Assembly: GCA_036172245.1 (NCBI GenBank)
Contig: JAYWIR010000034.1
Location: forward strand, 992,001-1,056,000
From: Raillietiella orientalis
Lineage: Eukaryota
Direction of reading: 5' to 3'
DNA: 64,000 bases
Below are positions 38,538 to 50,436 of this stretch, piece by piece. The stretch's first letter is position 1. Each line of letters opens with the position of its first letter. A program made the position numbers and the translations under genes. Under the pieces are notes generated by a model that made no database searches, was not told the origin of the DNA, and saw nothing but the letters and a program-made list of their open reading frames with translations.

Positions 38538-39252
38538 GACCCGCGCTGGCGGCCGTGAGGATGAGCGTTGCGGGTTCGAATCCCGCTTGGGGTAGGATCG
38601 ACGCCGCCGACAAATAAGTGGATCGTTGGTTACGAGTCCTCCCAGAAGGATGACGCTGGTTGGCCTTATAGGCTACGAGTGCGGTACCAATGGATGTCGG
38701 AAACCCGATGCTCCCGTTGAATGTCCGGGATTGGAAGTCGACCCTCCGGGGTCCTTCCAGGAATCAAGAAGCGGCTCCCTTCGCAGTTCCCCTCCGGTTG
38801 TGGAACTGGAACCGCGTGCCATGGTTTGATATCCGCCTTGGAGAGTCGCCTCTCCAGAGTGTCAGAAGCGTTGTGCTTCCTTCGATCAGCGCCCTTCAGG
38901 GAAATTTGGAGGAGGCGCTCCTTAAGGGTTCTCTTCAGTGGAGGAAACAGGGAGCGGTTCCCTTGTGGGAATTTTCCTCTGAAGGAGAAATTTCAGGAGA
39001 GGAGCCTTCGCGTGCTCCCTTCGGAGAAGAAACAAGGAGTGGCCCTCATTCCGGAGGACCTCTCTGGAGAGAACAAGGAAGAGGCTCCCTTCGGGGATCC
39101 CTTCGGAGACAACCAGGGCGAGGGTTCCTTTCGGGGTTCCCCCGAAACGTAAGAGGAACGGACTCCTTCCTCGGGTGGTTTTCCTGGATTCATAGGGTGC
39201 CCCCTAACTTGAAGGATCATAAACACCCTCGGGCTCGCCTAAGGAGGCGAGC
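38538..39252 (+). mobile_element. Long tRNA-headed SINE-like element, copy B (inverted relative to copy A)
   Basis: Internally deleted tRNA-like head with B-box GGTTCGAATCC at 38573-38583. The 516-bp core has 8 mismatches to copy A. Ends with ATAAACACCC and the perfect hairpin GCTCGCCT-AAGG-AGGCGAGC. Confidence 0.8.
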
Positions 39253-40745
39253 GGTTCTTCTCCACCTGGAGAACCAAACAAGAAGGTCGTATACTTTCAG
39301 CATGAGATTCCAGAGAAACGCGGCTGGAACCTCTCCGGTGTTTCGGGCCAGCATAGACAACTCTGGGACATTGGAAAGATTCGCAGGAAAGCCACGTTCC
39401 CTTTGTATCTTCCGTATCCTGAGCAGTGAGATGGTGCCCTCCCTGGAAGAACGCTTGTCAAGACGGGCACGGTCCCCATCCGCGATCATGAGGTCCCTTT
39501 CGGGCGACAGACGCCGTGAGACGCCTCCCTCGAAGGCCGCCTCTGCAACAACAAGAAAGGAGAGGGGATTGCCATGCGTAGTTCAGCAGCTGCTTAGCAC
39601 TCCAGCCCCTCCTCCCATCCAGCACGCAAGCCAATCTGGGCTGCTGGGCTCGATGGTCAGCTTGCGCTTTGTGCTCCGCTGCTTTGTGTGGGTTCCGGAG
39701 ACTTCGAAAAAGAAGCGCAACTGAAGGAGGGCGTGGTCGCTCTTCAGCGCCTATTCGAACTCCTGTGGAAGCACGCGGTCACGAAAACCTTAAGGAAAAC
39801 TTTCGGACTGAGGAGGAAGTCCCGGTACTAGAGATCTTCAATCATGGTAGCACATGTGAGGGTGCGGAAGAGCCCCTTAGTGTCTTGGTCACTTGGCCGA
39901 TCCACATTCTGTAGGATGATTCTTTCGCCTCCGCATGTGGTTCCAACTCAACTCCGGGATGATCGGAAAGTAACGTCTGGTCCTAATCCTTCCTTCCCCA
40001 ACCCCCTACCCCGTTGAGTGCAGGTGGTTATCGAGGAAGGCGTGAACAATCCCTCCTTCGGTCACAGGCTCGCTGATCAGCAAGGTGAACACTTGAATTC
40101 CAAAGGACACCCAGAAAAGTCCACCCTTGCGGGATGTTTACTACAGGGGAAGGGATCGTTAGAATCTTCCGCAAAAGCCTTATTTTTCTGCTCCAGAGGG
40201 AAAGCTTGCTTGCGCGGGATCTGACTGTCCAGGAAATTGAAACACTGAAGCGCAGTCACCTACGTTTTCTTGGAAACGAAGACGATTCTCTGATGCATCT
40301 CAGTATTTTTTTTTTTCCTCTAGAATGGTGCTCGGAGTAGGGAGGCTTGGTTTCGCGAGAGGAGGGGGTGCACGAGGGAGGGAAGGTTGCAGCTTTATGA
40401 TTGACAGCAGTTGCGGAAACAGAGAGTATTTTCAGAGAAGCGTTCGTGTCCGAGAGCATTTCGTCTTCCACGTCTCCATGTTTAGTGTATCGTGAGCTCC
40501 TTTGTTGTTCAATATGAGACTCCTTAAAATAGCTCTCTCTTTCCGTTCCTCTATTTTTTCTCCAAGCTCATAAACATGAAACGGAGGGAAGCTACATCAC
40601 GACTTCTTGCATTGGTATTCGATGGTCCTTTGCATCCTACAAACCACTAGCCTTGGCCACAAAAGGGAATTCTCTGCCTCTGGAAATCGAAATTGAAGAG
40701 AACAGAATGCAGCTCAAAGATTCCGCTTGACAGATATAGGTTCCA

Positions 40746-41187
40746 GCTTCTTCACGCCAGGCGGCCTGTCCTTGGGTGCTGTCGTTGCAACCGTGTGTTG
40801 CACCCGCGCCATCGACAAGGCCCACCGAGAGCTGGAGAAGCTGGCCATTCTTCGTCAGCCCACCGGATTAGCCAGCGCAAGCATGTCGTCGGCTGCCGAG
40901 TGGGCCCACCTACCAGAGAGCGTGAGGAGAGAGATCGCCGGCATCCATCGCCGGTTCTGAAAGAAAGGAACGGACTCACCAAAGACCCCTGTCCCCTGCC
41001 CACCATATTTTTATTTTTATTTTTTTATAGTAGTGTATTTGTGGTCCCCTCCCTCCCGTTCCGGACTTTCGAGATACCGACCTGCATGTCGGGGATCCCA
41101 CCCCCTTCGTATCTTGTTTTCCCCTTTGTCCAGGAACTCTGTTCCCGGATAGTTTTTAATAAACGCCCCGGCGCACCCGGGTGACAA
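40746..41187 (+). mobile_element. 5'-truncated LINE insertion with a 16-bp target-site duplication
   Basis: ACAGATATAGGTTCCA at 40730-40745 and 41188-41203. The insert encodes ATVCCTRAIDKAH..MSSAAEWAHLPESVRREIAGI-HRRF*, homologous to the ORF2 C-terminus at 28.5-28.7 kb, then a C/T-rich UTR and AATAAACGCCCCGGCGCACCCGGGTGACAA. Confidence 0.85.
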
Positions 41188-43696
41188 ACAGATATAGGTT
41201 CCATGTTCTAGCTGGTCGTTTAGTTCGTTTCTTTAAGTTGGGATCCCCTTTTCCTGAGATCCAAGAACTGCCGGTAGCATTCATACTGCTGAATGATACC
41301 AGTTACTTGCACTTTTTCTCATGTCCACGAGTAGGGATTTTTTTGAAAATGCAGATTTGGATAGCAACTGCGATGTCGTTATCTAAATCTGCATGATAGC
41401 AGGTAAAAATCGCCTGCATCACACGAAAGTGAGGAGTTGAAAGCTGCTGTGCTGCTGAACTCCCAGTCAGAGGAATTTTATGCGGAGGGTTGAAAAAAGC
41501 TTATTCCAAAGCTGTTCTTGTTCCACGGTATCAAAAGTCTGGAAAAAAATGGCGATTACGTAGAAAAATGAAATAAGGATGTATCTGTTTAGAACCACGA
41601 ATACATGTTTTGGAATTTTGTGTTTCTCTTATTTTTTCTTTCTTTATATCCGATCCGACTTTACTTTCCAAAGGTGCCTCGTAGCAAGTGTTCAAGAACT
41701 AATCATCAAACCACCAGATTCTTTTGATGATTCATAAGGTGCTGCTTAGACCTTCTGATTATGGATAACTTCGGAAGAACTATGTAGCTGTCGGTGCTCT
41801 TATCAGGTGGGATCGTCTGTATTTTTCTCTATTTTACCACTGGTTTGTTTGTTTTCTGTACTATGAGCATGTCAGTATGAAATTATCCGGTGGCACAGCT
41901 AAAAACTGTAAAATTGACATTGAAGGGAACAGAATGCAGCTCAAAGATTCCAGTGACAGCTATGTGAAGAGGAACTAACACAAAAATCAAAAGGCAATTT
42001 GAGTGGAGATCACTAACCCTCGGACTCATGCTTAGAATTTTTTGCACTTATATCAGCCACTTTCCTAAACGTGAGTGTGATCTAAAAGAATGTAAATGAT
42101 GAACAGAGAAACACAATGACGAGTTAATTTCTGGTTCTGATGGAGTTATCGAGTTTTCTGGGAAATGAAGGTTTCTGGATTTTCTGATCTTTATCGTGGA
42201 TGCTAAACGAAAGTCATCTGTTTACCTCTAGAATAGTCATCTTCTATATTTCCGTATAATAGAACCCCATCCGCTTGACTCGATGCTCCTTCATCATGTA
42301 CTCTTCTGTAGTTACAATTAATTTTTCTTATAGCAAAACTGAATAGGATAGAATTCTTATTTAAGTTTCTGGTCATATACCTCTTAATCATGACTCAAGA
42401 AGGACGTATTTACCCGCTTTAGGAATTGAGTATTTCGTCTTGACGGAACCGACTGCTAGTTCCAGTCTATGTGAAATTCCTGCCAGCCGCTCGCTTGGCG
42501 TAAGAGTAGGATGTCTGGGATAGTTCAGGAACATCATATATTTCGACATCTTCATATCAAAAAAATAAACGTGATGCAAAAATGCTGCCATGCTCCGAGG
42601 AGAACAGCTCTCCAGACTACAATAGTTTTTTCATAGTCGTTTGCTCTTCTTTTCGTTTCAAAGATTAAAATTCATTCACCTTAATTAAAATTCATCAGGT
42701 TCACAGCTAAAATGGAAATATTCTTTGAAGATGCTATGGTATATTGCCTTTTCACCTTAACAAACGTTATAAAGAAAAACAAACAAACTACGGAGTCCAA
42801 TTCCAAAATAGCGGACTTGTGTTCTTATAGCAAATTGTTGTCTTTTATCAAGTGTATGGATACAGCATTGGCATTGTATATTATGTGTGAGGGGAAAAAG
42901 ATTCAATAAGTCACAAAATTATTCAAAACTATCATTAATTCAAATTCATTTGAAATTGGAGAAAACAAGGGTGATCATCACTTGCCACTTGAATTCCTAT
43001 TGATGCAAGAGAAGGCTAAAAATTGCAATTATAGAAGAACACTGGGGTAGTAAGAGGAAAGTAAACAGCTATATAGATGGAACAAATGATGGATCAGGAA
43101 CTAAGAAAAGAGTGCATCCCTGGTAAGTTCAGGAACATTAACAAGTGGGCATGTCCTTTCGCGCCATTCGTTCTCATTCATGGATGCATTAAACTATCCT
43201 TCAGATGGTACAGAAGCAACTGTATTCAGCTGCTGCTCATGATAATATCATCGAAAAGCTCAATCTATCTTTTTCTAGTCCTTTCATTTCAGGTATCCAG
43301 GCAGTTCGAAAAGATTTAAAACCCTAGGACATAATAATGTACTTGAATGCCAAAATGTCGAGGTTGAATTATGTTAATGACCATCGAGAAAATAAAATTT
43401 GAAAATAAGATATATCTTATTAATAGATACACAAGTCGAATACAATGATTCAAAATTCATTATTGCGCAAATTTGATTACAGTACAATTAGCAGACTTGG
43501 TAACAAGAGAAGACGACGATAGCCACCGGCAATTTTTGTAAGGCATTGCGGAGCGGGAAAAGTGATGCTCGGTTAACTTGCTGTGATTGCAGTATGGAAA
43601 TGTGTGTGCCCGGTGGTGGTGTTGGTGAAGGTTTGTCAGTAATGGGTACCATAACTTCGTCCCAGCAAAATTATGCTCATGTTTTAATTCATCAGG

Positions 43697-46600
43697 ATGA
43701 ATCATAAGGAAAATGTATTCCATTTGGTCGAGAGACTATGCAATAAAATAGCACCATCAAAGGTTAGAAGTTTGTATTAGCGAAAGTGCATAAGACAAGA
43801 ATTCTCATTAATAGCACTGATTGTGAAATCTGTGGGGTACAAAAAATTAAAAAGTTTTATCAGCAATATTTCAGGAAAAAGGTAAAGAGTTGGAAACTCT
43901 TATAGAAAACATTGTACAGAAGATTCAAACATGTGATTTCATCAGCACAGACTCAGATTCAGTACGCAAAAAAGTTGGCCAGATATGGGAAAAAGCTTTA
44001 ATTTATGCTGGTAAAGAAATGACTATGACGATTCAAGACAAAATTGATGCACTGATTGCTATACCACTGTTTGGTGAAAATGATACATGGGTAATTTTTT
44101 TTGCTTTCACGTGACAAATTTTTTAGATCAAATGGGAAAGTCTAAGGGAAGATGCGGGATACCATTAAAAAAGAAAAAAAAAATTCTTATGTGTCATTTT
44201 AAACTCATCTAGAATACTGATCTTCAATGGGCAGTCATATTATTTTTGATAAGTTTATCAAGAATCTCCACAAACCCTCCAGGTTCAGTGAATGTTGCAT
44301 CCAGCAGTATAGGAATTTCTACTTGCACTAGTTCTACCTCATTAGCAGGAATTAAAAACAATGAAGATCATGATTTTTCTAAATATTCTGATGTAAGATT
44401 ATCTTTCTTTTTGTACAGGAACTAAAAGGTATTTAAAATTAGGAAGATCAGGATAGTAGCAATGTTAATGAGGATCTCCAAGGCTACAGAAACAATTGCT
44501 TTATCAAGAAGAAATGTAAGTTTCCTGCACATTTTGGAAATATGTCAGTTGCAATAATCTTGCCATATATATGAATCACTCTTCATTTTAGGCATGGAAT
44601 ATTGCCATATCCTATGAATGTAGAGAATCTATGCATTCCATGATAGTCTTTCAGATTAAACACTGTGGAGGCTGATATTCTCACGATTTTTTTTTTAGGT
44701 CAATTTGCATGGTACCAAATGTTTGAGATAGAACAATGGGATGCTCAGAAGGCCTATGACTGGATGTTGAGAAACTGCATTCGTTCATATTGGAAGCAAG
44801 ATCCTCCACCTGTCACACTTGATGATCAAAGCAATCAACGGTATGTGGATTTGTGATTATTATTGTATTGAATATTTTGATGTCATCTGCCTCTTTTTAT
44901 ATTGGATTGTGCTCTGTGGCAGTAGAAATTCTTCAAGAATCATTATTTGTTCGGAATATCATATCCTGAAAGAATTTTTATGGCTGTTCAGCTATCCTAG
45001 GTCTACTTATTTTTTCCAGTTTCATAAAGGAATTTACCAACCAAAACATAATGTGGCCACCACTAATCTGAATCAAGTAAGACTTTGAATAAAAATGTTT
45101 TTATTATCTTGTTTTGATCTCACAGGAGAGCTTGTATGCCATTTTAGTTGATTTATGTGATTTTGCATCAGCATATGCTGAACTGTTTTTATTTTGTGAA
45201 GAAATTTTACATCATTGTGGAGTCAGGTCTAGTGGTGAACAGTTTTCTTTAACACACCAAGCTTATGCTCAAGGTCTTCACAAACATTTGATTTCATTCC
45301 AAAATCTGATAAAACAATGGGAAAGAACAATATTAAAGCAAAGTACATTCAGATTATATTTCATAATCTTAAAAATGTTATTTTAGAAAACGTGTGTATG
45401 TTGTTTGATTTGTTCCTTGAGTTGCCTGCTCTGCAAGAATTATTATATTTATGCAAAGTCCACAAAGCAGCAGTTCTCCCAGTGATGATGCAGGCAAATT
45501 GGTATAAGGCAGCCAAGTGAGTTTTTTTTTTTTTTTTTTCAGAGGAAATCTTTAGGATTGTAGGTTGTTATCTGTGCTTTACTGGCATCTCCAAAAAGAT
45601 GCAAGTGGTCCATATCACCAGTCCCTATGGATCATTTTCCTGGAAAGCTTTCAGCCATATTTGCATATGATAGAAACATGGTTATTAGAGGGTAGATTAG
45701 AAGACTGGGCTCAGGAATTCATCCTTATTCAGTGAGTGCAGCAAAATGCTTACTTCTAATCATCCAAAAGGAATACCGATATTTGTTCTCAAGATGAAAA
45801 ATATTGGTCTGAAGCTGTACAAGTTCATTCCTTGGATAGTCTAACTCTTGAACTAGGATACTTGCCACTCCGATTCTTACATGGTACTTTAGAGCAGCTT
45901 GTAGAGGCAGGGAAGAGTCTAGGTTTATTGCAAAGGATGAGTTCGGAAGAATCATCAATTATTTGCACACTCAAGCAAAAACTGTTTACTGTGTGGACAG
46001 ATCATGTACAAGGCATTCAAATAAGTGTACTAGCAAAACCAAGTCACGATAGCTTCCCATTTGCATTTTCTAGTGCAACTATAGGAGAGGACTTATTACA
46101 GTATGCTTTTCAGGATTTTCAACAGGTGACATACTCAAATGATAAGCCATCTTTGGTTCCCAAGGCATCTAACTTCAAGTATGTGATGATGTACGTTTCC
46201 ATTCTAACATTTTCCTTACAGTTCAAGTACACTGTCATTTACTTTCACCCTGAAATTAGAAAAAACTTTACAGGAAATCATGGATAAATGCTTAGCTCTT
46301 GTTTCTAAAGAGCTATTGTGGAGCATGCAGAACAAAGAGTCTCTGTTGGCCCACTTGCAGCAAGTACGACTAGTATATTTGCTTGAGGCTGATGATATGC
46401 GACATTTCTATAAAAAATTATTTGCAAAAGTATGTACACCTTTTGTTAGTAATGCAAAATTAATTGGTTATAGTTCATATCCAAAGAGACTTGGAAAGAT
46501 GAGTTACTTCTTGGAAGGCTTTTGGATGATTGCCTCCAAACCCGCCATCCTGAGGCGTGCTCATATTTTGATTTGACTCTAGATTCAGATGTTATTCAAA

Positions 46601-47477
46601 ACAAAACCCATCTTGCTGAATTATCTCAAATCCGAATCTCGTACACAGTAGGCATCATTAAAAGTTGAAAAATTGTTCAACTTCATTTCAGGCTAAGTGG
46701 CCTTTAACTACTGTACTCACTTCATCTGCTCTAAGCACTTATCATTCAGTATTTGTGTTTCTGTTGCAAGTGAGATGTGGACTCTTTGCAGTTGAGCAAC
46801 TTCACTTTTTTGGTAAGTACTAAAGAATGTGGAATGAGTTGTTCTGGTAGACTTACAGCAACGTAAGGATTTCCGTGCAGCAGAGAAACTAGTGTATTCT
46901 CGGCGGCTGCAGCTCCTTCGAATGTGGATTATGTATTTCCTAGGTAGTGAGATATTATACCCTAAGAATACTAAAGTACAATCCAGGAAATGTGTATGCT
47001 TTTCTGATGACTCGAATAGCACAAACTGTTCATCAAGAACTTCTTGTTCCTTTGAATCAAGCTTCAAAATTGGATTCTGTCCTACGTGGTAAGTTGATTA
47101 ATGGGCAAGAGTAACAGACAATTTGCGAAGTACACAATCATTTTCTTAAATGTCTACGTGAACGCTGCCTGATCCAAGAAGAACTTTCAATAATCCGGTC
47201 AGATATATTACAAGTTTGTAATCTAGCACTCGAATTGCATGCTTTGTGGAATGGTAGCAGCAGTAATATATCATTGGATTCATTGAATGAAATTGAAGCA
47301 CAGTATCAGAGATGTCATGCTCTGCTTGCTTCTGTTTTGGATATAATCATTAGGAGAAAAAGTTTTCCACATCGTGAGTATTCAAAACAACAACTTGGTA
47401 TTTATGTGCCTTTTTTTTTTTTACCAGTTGAAGGTCTTGCAAGTAGCCTTGCATACAGTGTTCCCGAAGTGTATTAA
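43697..47477 (+). CDS. TUBGCP5: Gamma-tubulin complex component 5 (GCP5), multi-exon
   Basis: Exon 1 43697-43762 (MNHKENVFHLVERLC), exon 2 43875-44090, exon 3 44213-44392 (TDLQWAVILFLISLS). Then DWMLRNCIRSYW, SEYHILKEFLWLFS, THQAYAQGL, FQPYLHMIETWLLEGRLEDWAQEFI, EQLVEAGKSLGLL, AHLQQVRLVYLLE, KWPLTTVL..YHSVFVFLLQV, HNHFLKCLRERCL, and SFPH/EGLASSL. These follow the GCP5 Spc97/Spc98 GRIP-domain motifs in order. Short GT-AG introns. Confidence 0.92.
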
Positions 47478-48089
47478 TTTATTTTCTGCTGGTGAGCTAC
47501 ACAATGATGGTATTCACTTTACTCTGAAACCATGTAATAAAAAATTATTAAATGATACAAGTGCATTTTGACATGTGCAAACTGCTAATCAGCAAACAAG
47601 AAGAATTTTTCACGTTTGTTTACTTCAAGTTTGTATCATTTACATTTGTATGGGTATCAAGTGAAATGCTTCTCTGCAAACTGAATGGCGTGAATTGATT
47701 GGGTTGATTCTAGTTTGGAGAACCTAGTTTTGTGACAAACTATAACAGAAGCTGTTATGATAAGGAGGAGTGCATCAACAAGGAAGGCAATGAAGCTAAT
47801 AGAATTATAAAGGCTATGAAAGTTCAGAATTTGCTATTTAAGCAGTGATAACTTATGAAGAGTGTAAGACTTTAGACAACACAACTCGTCCGCTCACAGC
47901 TGCACTTTGAAAACAACGAAAGACAAATTCGGGATATACGATCCCGCTACCACTCCTATCAGCGAAAGATCTCAGGATGTGTGACAATTGCAGTCTGCGT
48001 TGAAACACTACCTGTGAGCAAGCGCGCCCAAATGACAACTTTCTCTGGCTGAGTATGGAAGGAAAGAAATTTTCGAAAAGTGATTACTT

Positions 48090-48275
48090 ACTCAAGAATC
48101 TTTACCACACAAAGATTGGCCCATCGGTTTTCGTGCCTACGACTATTGGAATGCCATACAAAATCAATGGAAACTTCCTAAAGAGGTGGTTGTCTCGGAC
48201 TCCAACCACAGTCGGGTGAAAAAACGGTTCACGCTGTATCTATTGAGGTTGAATGAAGCAAGGAACGCGTTTTAA
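48090..48275 (+). mobile_element. Possible CR1/L2-type LINE C-terminal remnant
   Basis: RAYDYWN..WKLPKEVVVSDS...KKRFTLYL resembles the CR1 ORF2 end motif RVVxxWNxLPxEVVxAxSxxxFKxxLDxYL. Confidence 0.3.
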
Positions 48276-50254
48276 AAAGCTAATGTGATGACAAGCCCTA
48301 TGCTAAGGGCAAAATGTGCTTTTATCTGCTTATATGACAAAGCCATGTGAACCGATCTGCGAACATGAAATAACAGACCTGTCAATATCTTGCGATGCTG
48401 CTGCAGCTAATACACTAGTGATGCAGTGAGCCAAGAATTTACCAAATACAAAACTCACACCCTAACTGATGGCACTTCTTGCAACATTCCAGTTTTAGAA
48501 AGGATTTTCTTGTCTTCCTGGTCTCTGAAGCGGTTGCAGCTTGGTCCAATTGGTGCCTATCCTCCTATTTTGTTGCTAAGATATTGGGGATCTTTTTCAA
48601 CTTCAGCCTCTTCCGCTTGCAGCTAACTTTACTCTCTGCTACTTTGTATGCGCCATCATCGTTTCTGACATGCACAGCAGCTGCACTATGACCATGTCCC
48701 CCTCGCCACATGTTCCTTGCACTCGAAGAGCGCATGGATTTTCCCATTTTCACGCTGTCCAGGTAGCACCTGTCGGAGACGCAGGCGAGAAGTAGAGGAC
48801 CATCGCAGAGCACGCAGTCCCCGTGTCTCGCTTCCCCTTTCCTATCTCCCACCCCACAGGCATTCTGAGCAGCACCGCCATCCTGAGCAGCCAGAAGGAC
48901 CTTGTAGCTTCCCTGCGACCATGGAGCGGGCAACTGCTGCCTCCTCTCGTCCTACAGCCATTCACGATCACAACGAAGAGAGCGAGCTCCGATCAGCACA
49001 GAGCGCCGAGCGGGCACGGCTGAGGCAGGAAGACCAGGTGCAGCAGCTGTCCGTAAACGGGGACGCGGAGAAGGGGAGGAAGGGTTGATGGCCTTCGCTT
49101 CCCACTATCACCCCTCTTCGTCCTTCTCCTGTGACCATCCCTGCCGCTGCGCTGAAGAGGATGCGGGCGCTCTGCTTCGGCCCTCCGGCGGATGCCGGGA
49201 GCGAAACGACGCAAACACCTTCTTCGCCCACACTGCCAGCAACGTGGTGGTCATCCGTACTCCGGAACCTTTCTCCGAAAAATAGGGGGCGCTCTTAAGA
49301 AGGACGCCAAGAAGGAAGTGAGGGGAGTCACCACCCCTCCCCCCCCTGCGCTTTGAGCAGCCGGACGATGGCGGTGAGCATACCAGAAAACCGAGACTCC
49401 CTCCTTTTGCGCACTAGATGGCGCCGGATGCTGGAGGAGATGTTTCGGAGAACCTGATCTTCCCTGCCCATTGCCGGGCTTTGGAAACAGGAAGGAGGTA
49501 CTGCAGAACTTGTCCTGCAGAAGACCTTCCTGGGCGCTGCTCTCTCTTCCCTCCGCCTTACGAAAGACGCCTTCCCAAATCTCTTCTCATCCCACCACCC
49601 TCCCCATCGCCGAGGCAATGCTCTCTTCCGTGATCTCTGCTAGGGAAGAGTGCCCGCGTCCACGTCCTGCGTCCACGCCCTCCAGATCTCGGCGGCAAGG
49701 CGGTGGCGCTCGAGCGACCACCAGTTCCCACTCTGCAATTGCCCCCCGCCCCACCTTCTCCTTCCGTTGAGCACCTGGGTGCGCCGGAACTTCTGAGAGG
49801 GCATTCCCGAAGAAACACTCACACCAAGAACCATCAAAATGTAATGTTATTGCAGTTCCCGCCCTGCTGAAAGGCGCTGGAGGCGCTGCTGCTAAGCAGC
49901 AGGATGCACGCGGAGATATGCGCTTCTGGAAAGGGGGGGTGGAGGTAAAATAGGAAGAACCCAAATCATGGAATTGGTATCTCGCGTGTGAATATGGTTG
50001 GGAGATGGGGTCACGGATGTCTTCTTCTGCATCCCGTCAAGCATGCTGGCAAGTGTCTCCGTGGATGCTGTCGGGTGCGTCCGACTAGTCATCTTCGAAA
50101 GGCAAGCAGCACCGCTGCAAACGCGAGTTCTGAGCACGCTAGCCTTCCAGTCCCGCCGCGAGACGACGCTTGGCTTCGCATACGCATTAGTGGGGTGCTC
50201 GCTAGACCCCTTGGCCGTACGCCCCATCTATCAGTCAGCCCAAAAAGAAGAGCA

Positions 50255-50436
50255 GGCTACGTTAGCGGCTTTGAGGCTTCGGCCTCCGTGTGTGGCACCA
50301 GGCGTTGTGGGTTCGAATCCCTCCTGCGGGACGATCGGCGACGAGAATGGGGGTGCGTAGTGAGTTTAAAGTTCCCTCCCCCCTTTCTCTCCAGGGATGC
50401 CTCTGGTTGACCTATTCGGATGCGGCACTGGTTGAC
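50255..50436 (+). mobile_element. 5' fragment (tRNA-like head) of the SINE family, copy C, abutting a LINE 3' end
   Basis: CCTCCGTGTGTGGCACCAGGCGTTGTGGGTTCGAATCCCTCCTGCGGGACGATCGGCGACGAGAATGGGG closely matches the head of copy A. B-box at 50310-50320. Confidence 0.75.

Noticed and set aside
34374..39252. Inverted pair as the TIRs of one DNA transposon or foldback element
   Set aside because: Each arm is a complete tRNA-headed unit that also occurs solo elsewhere. The outer ends are not identical, and no TSD or transposase was seen.
38690..39724. 344-aa ORF and its 177-aa inverted twin at 34399-34932 as a duplicated gene
   Set aside because: They lie in the SINE body, have no recognisable domain, and the frame does not appear to be conserved in diverged copy D.
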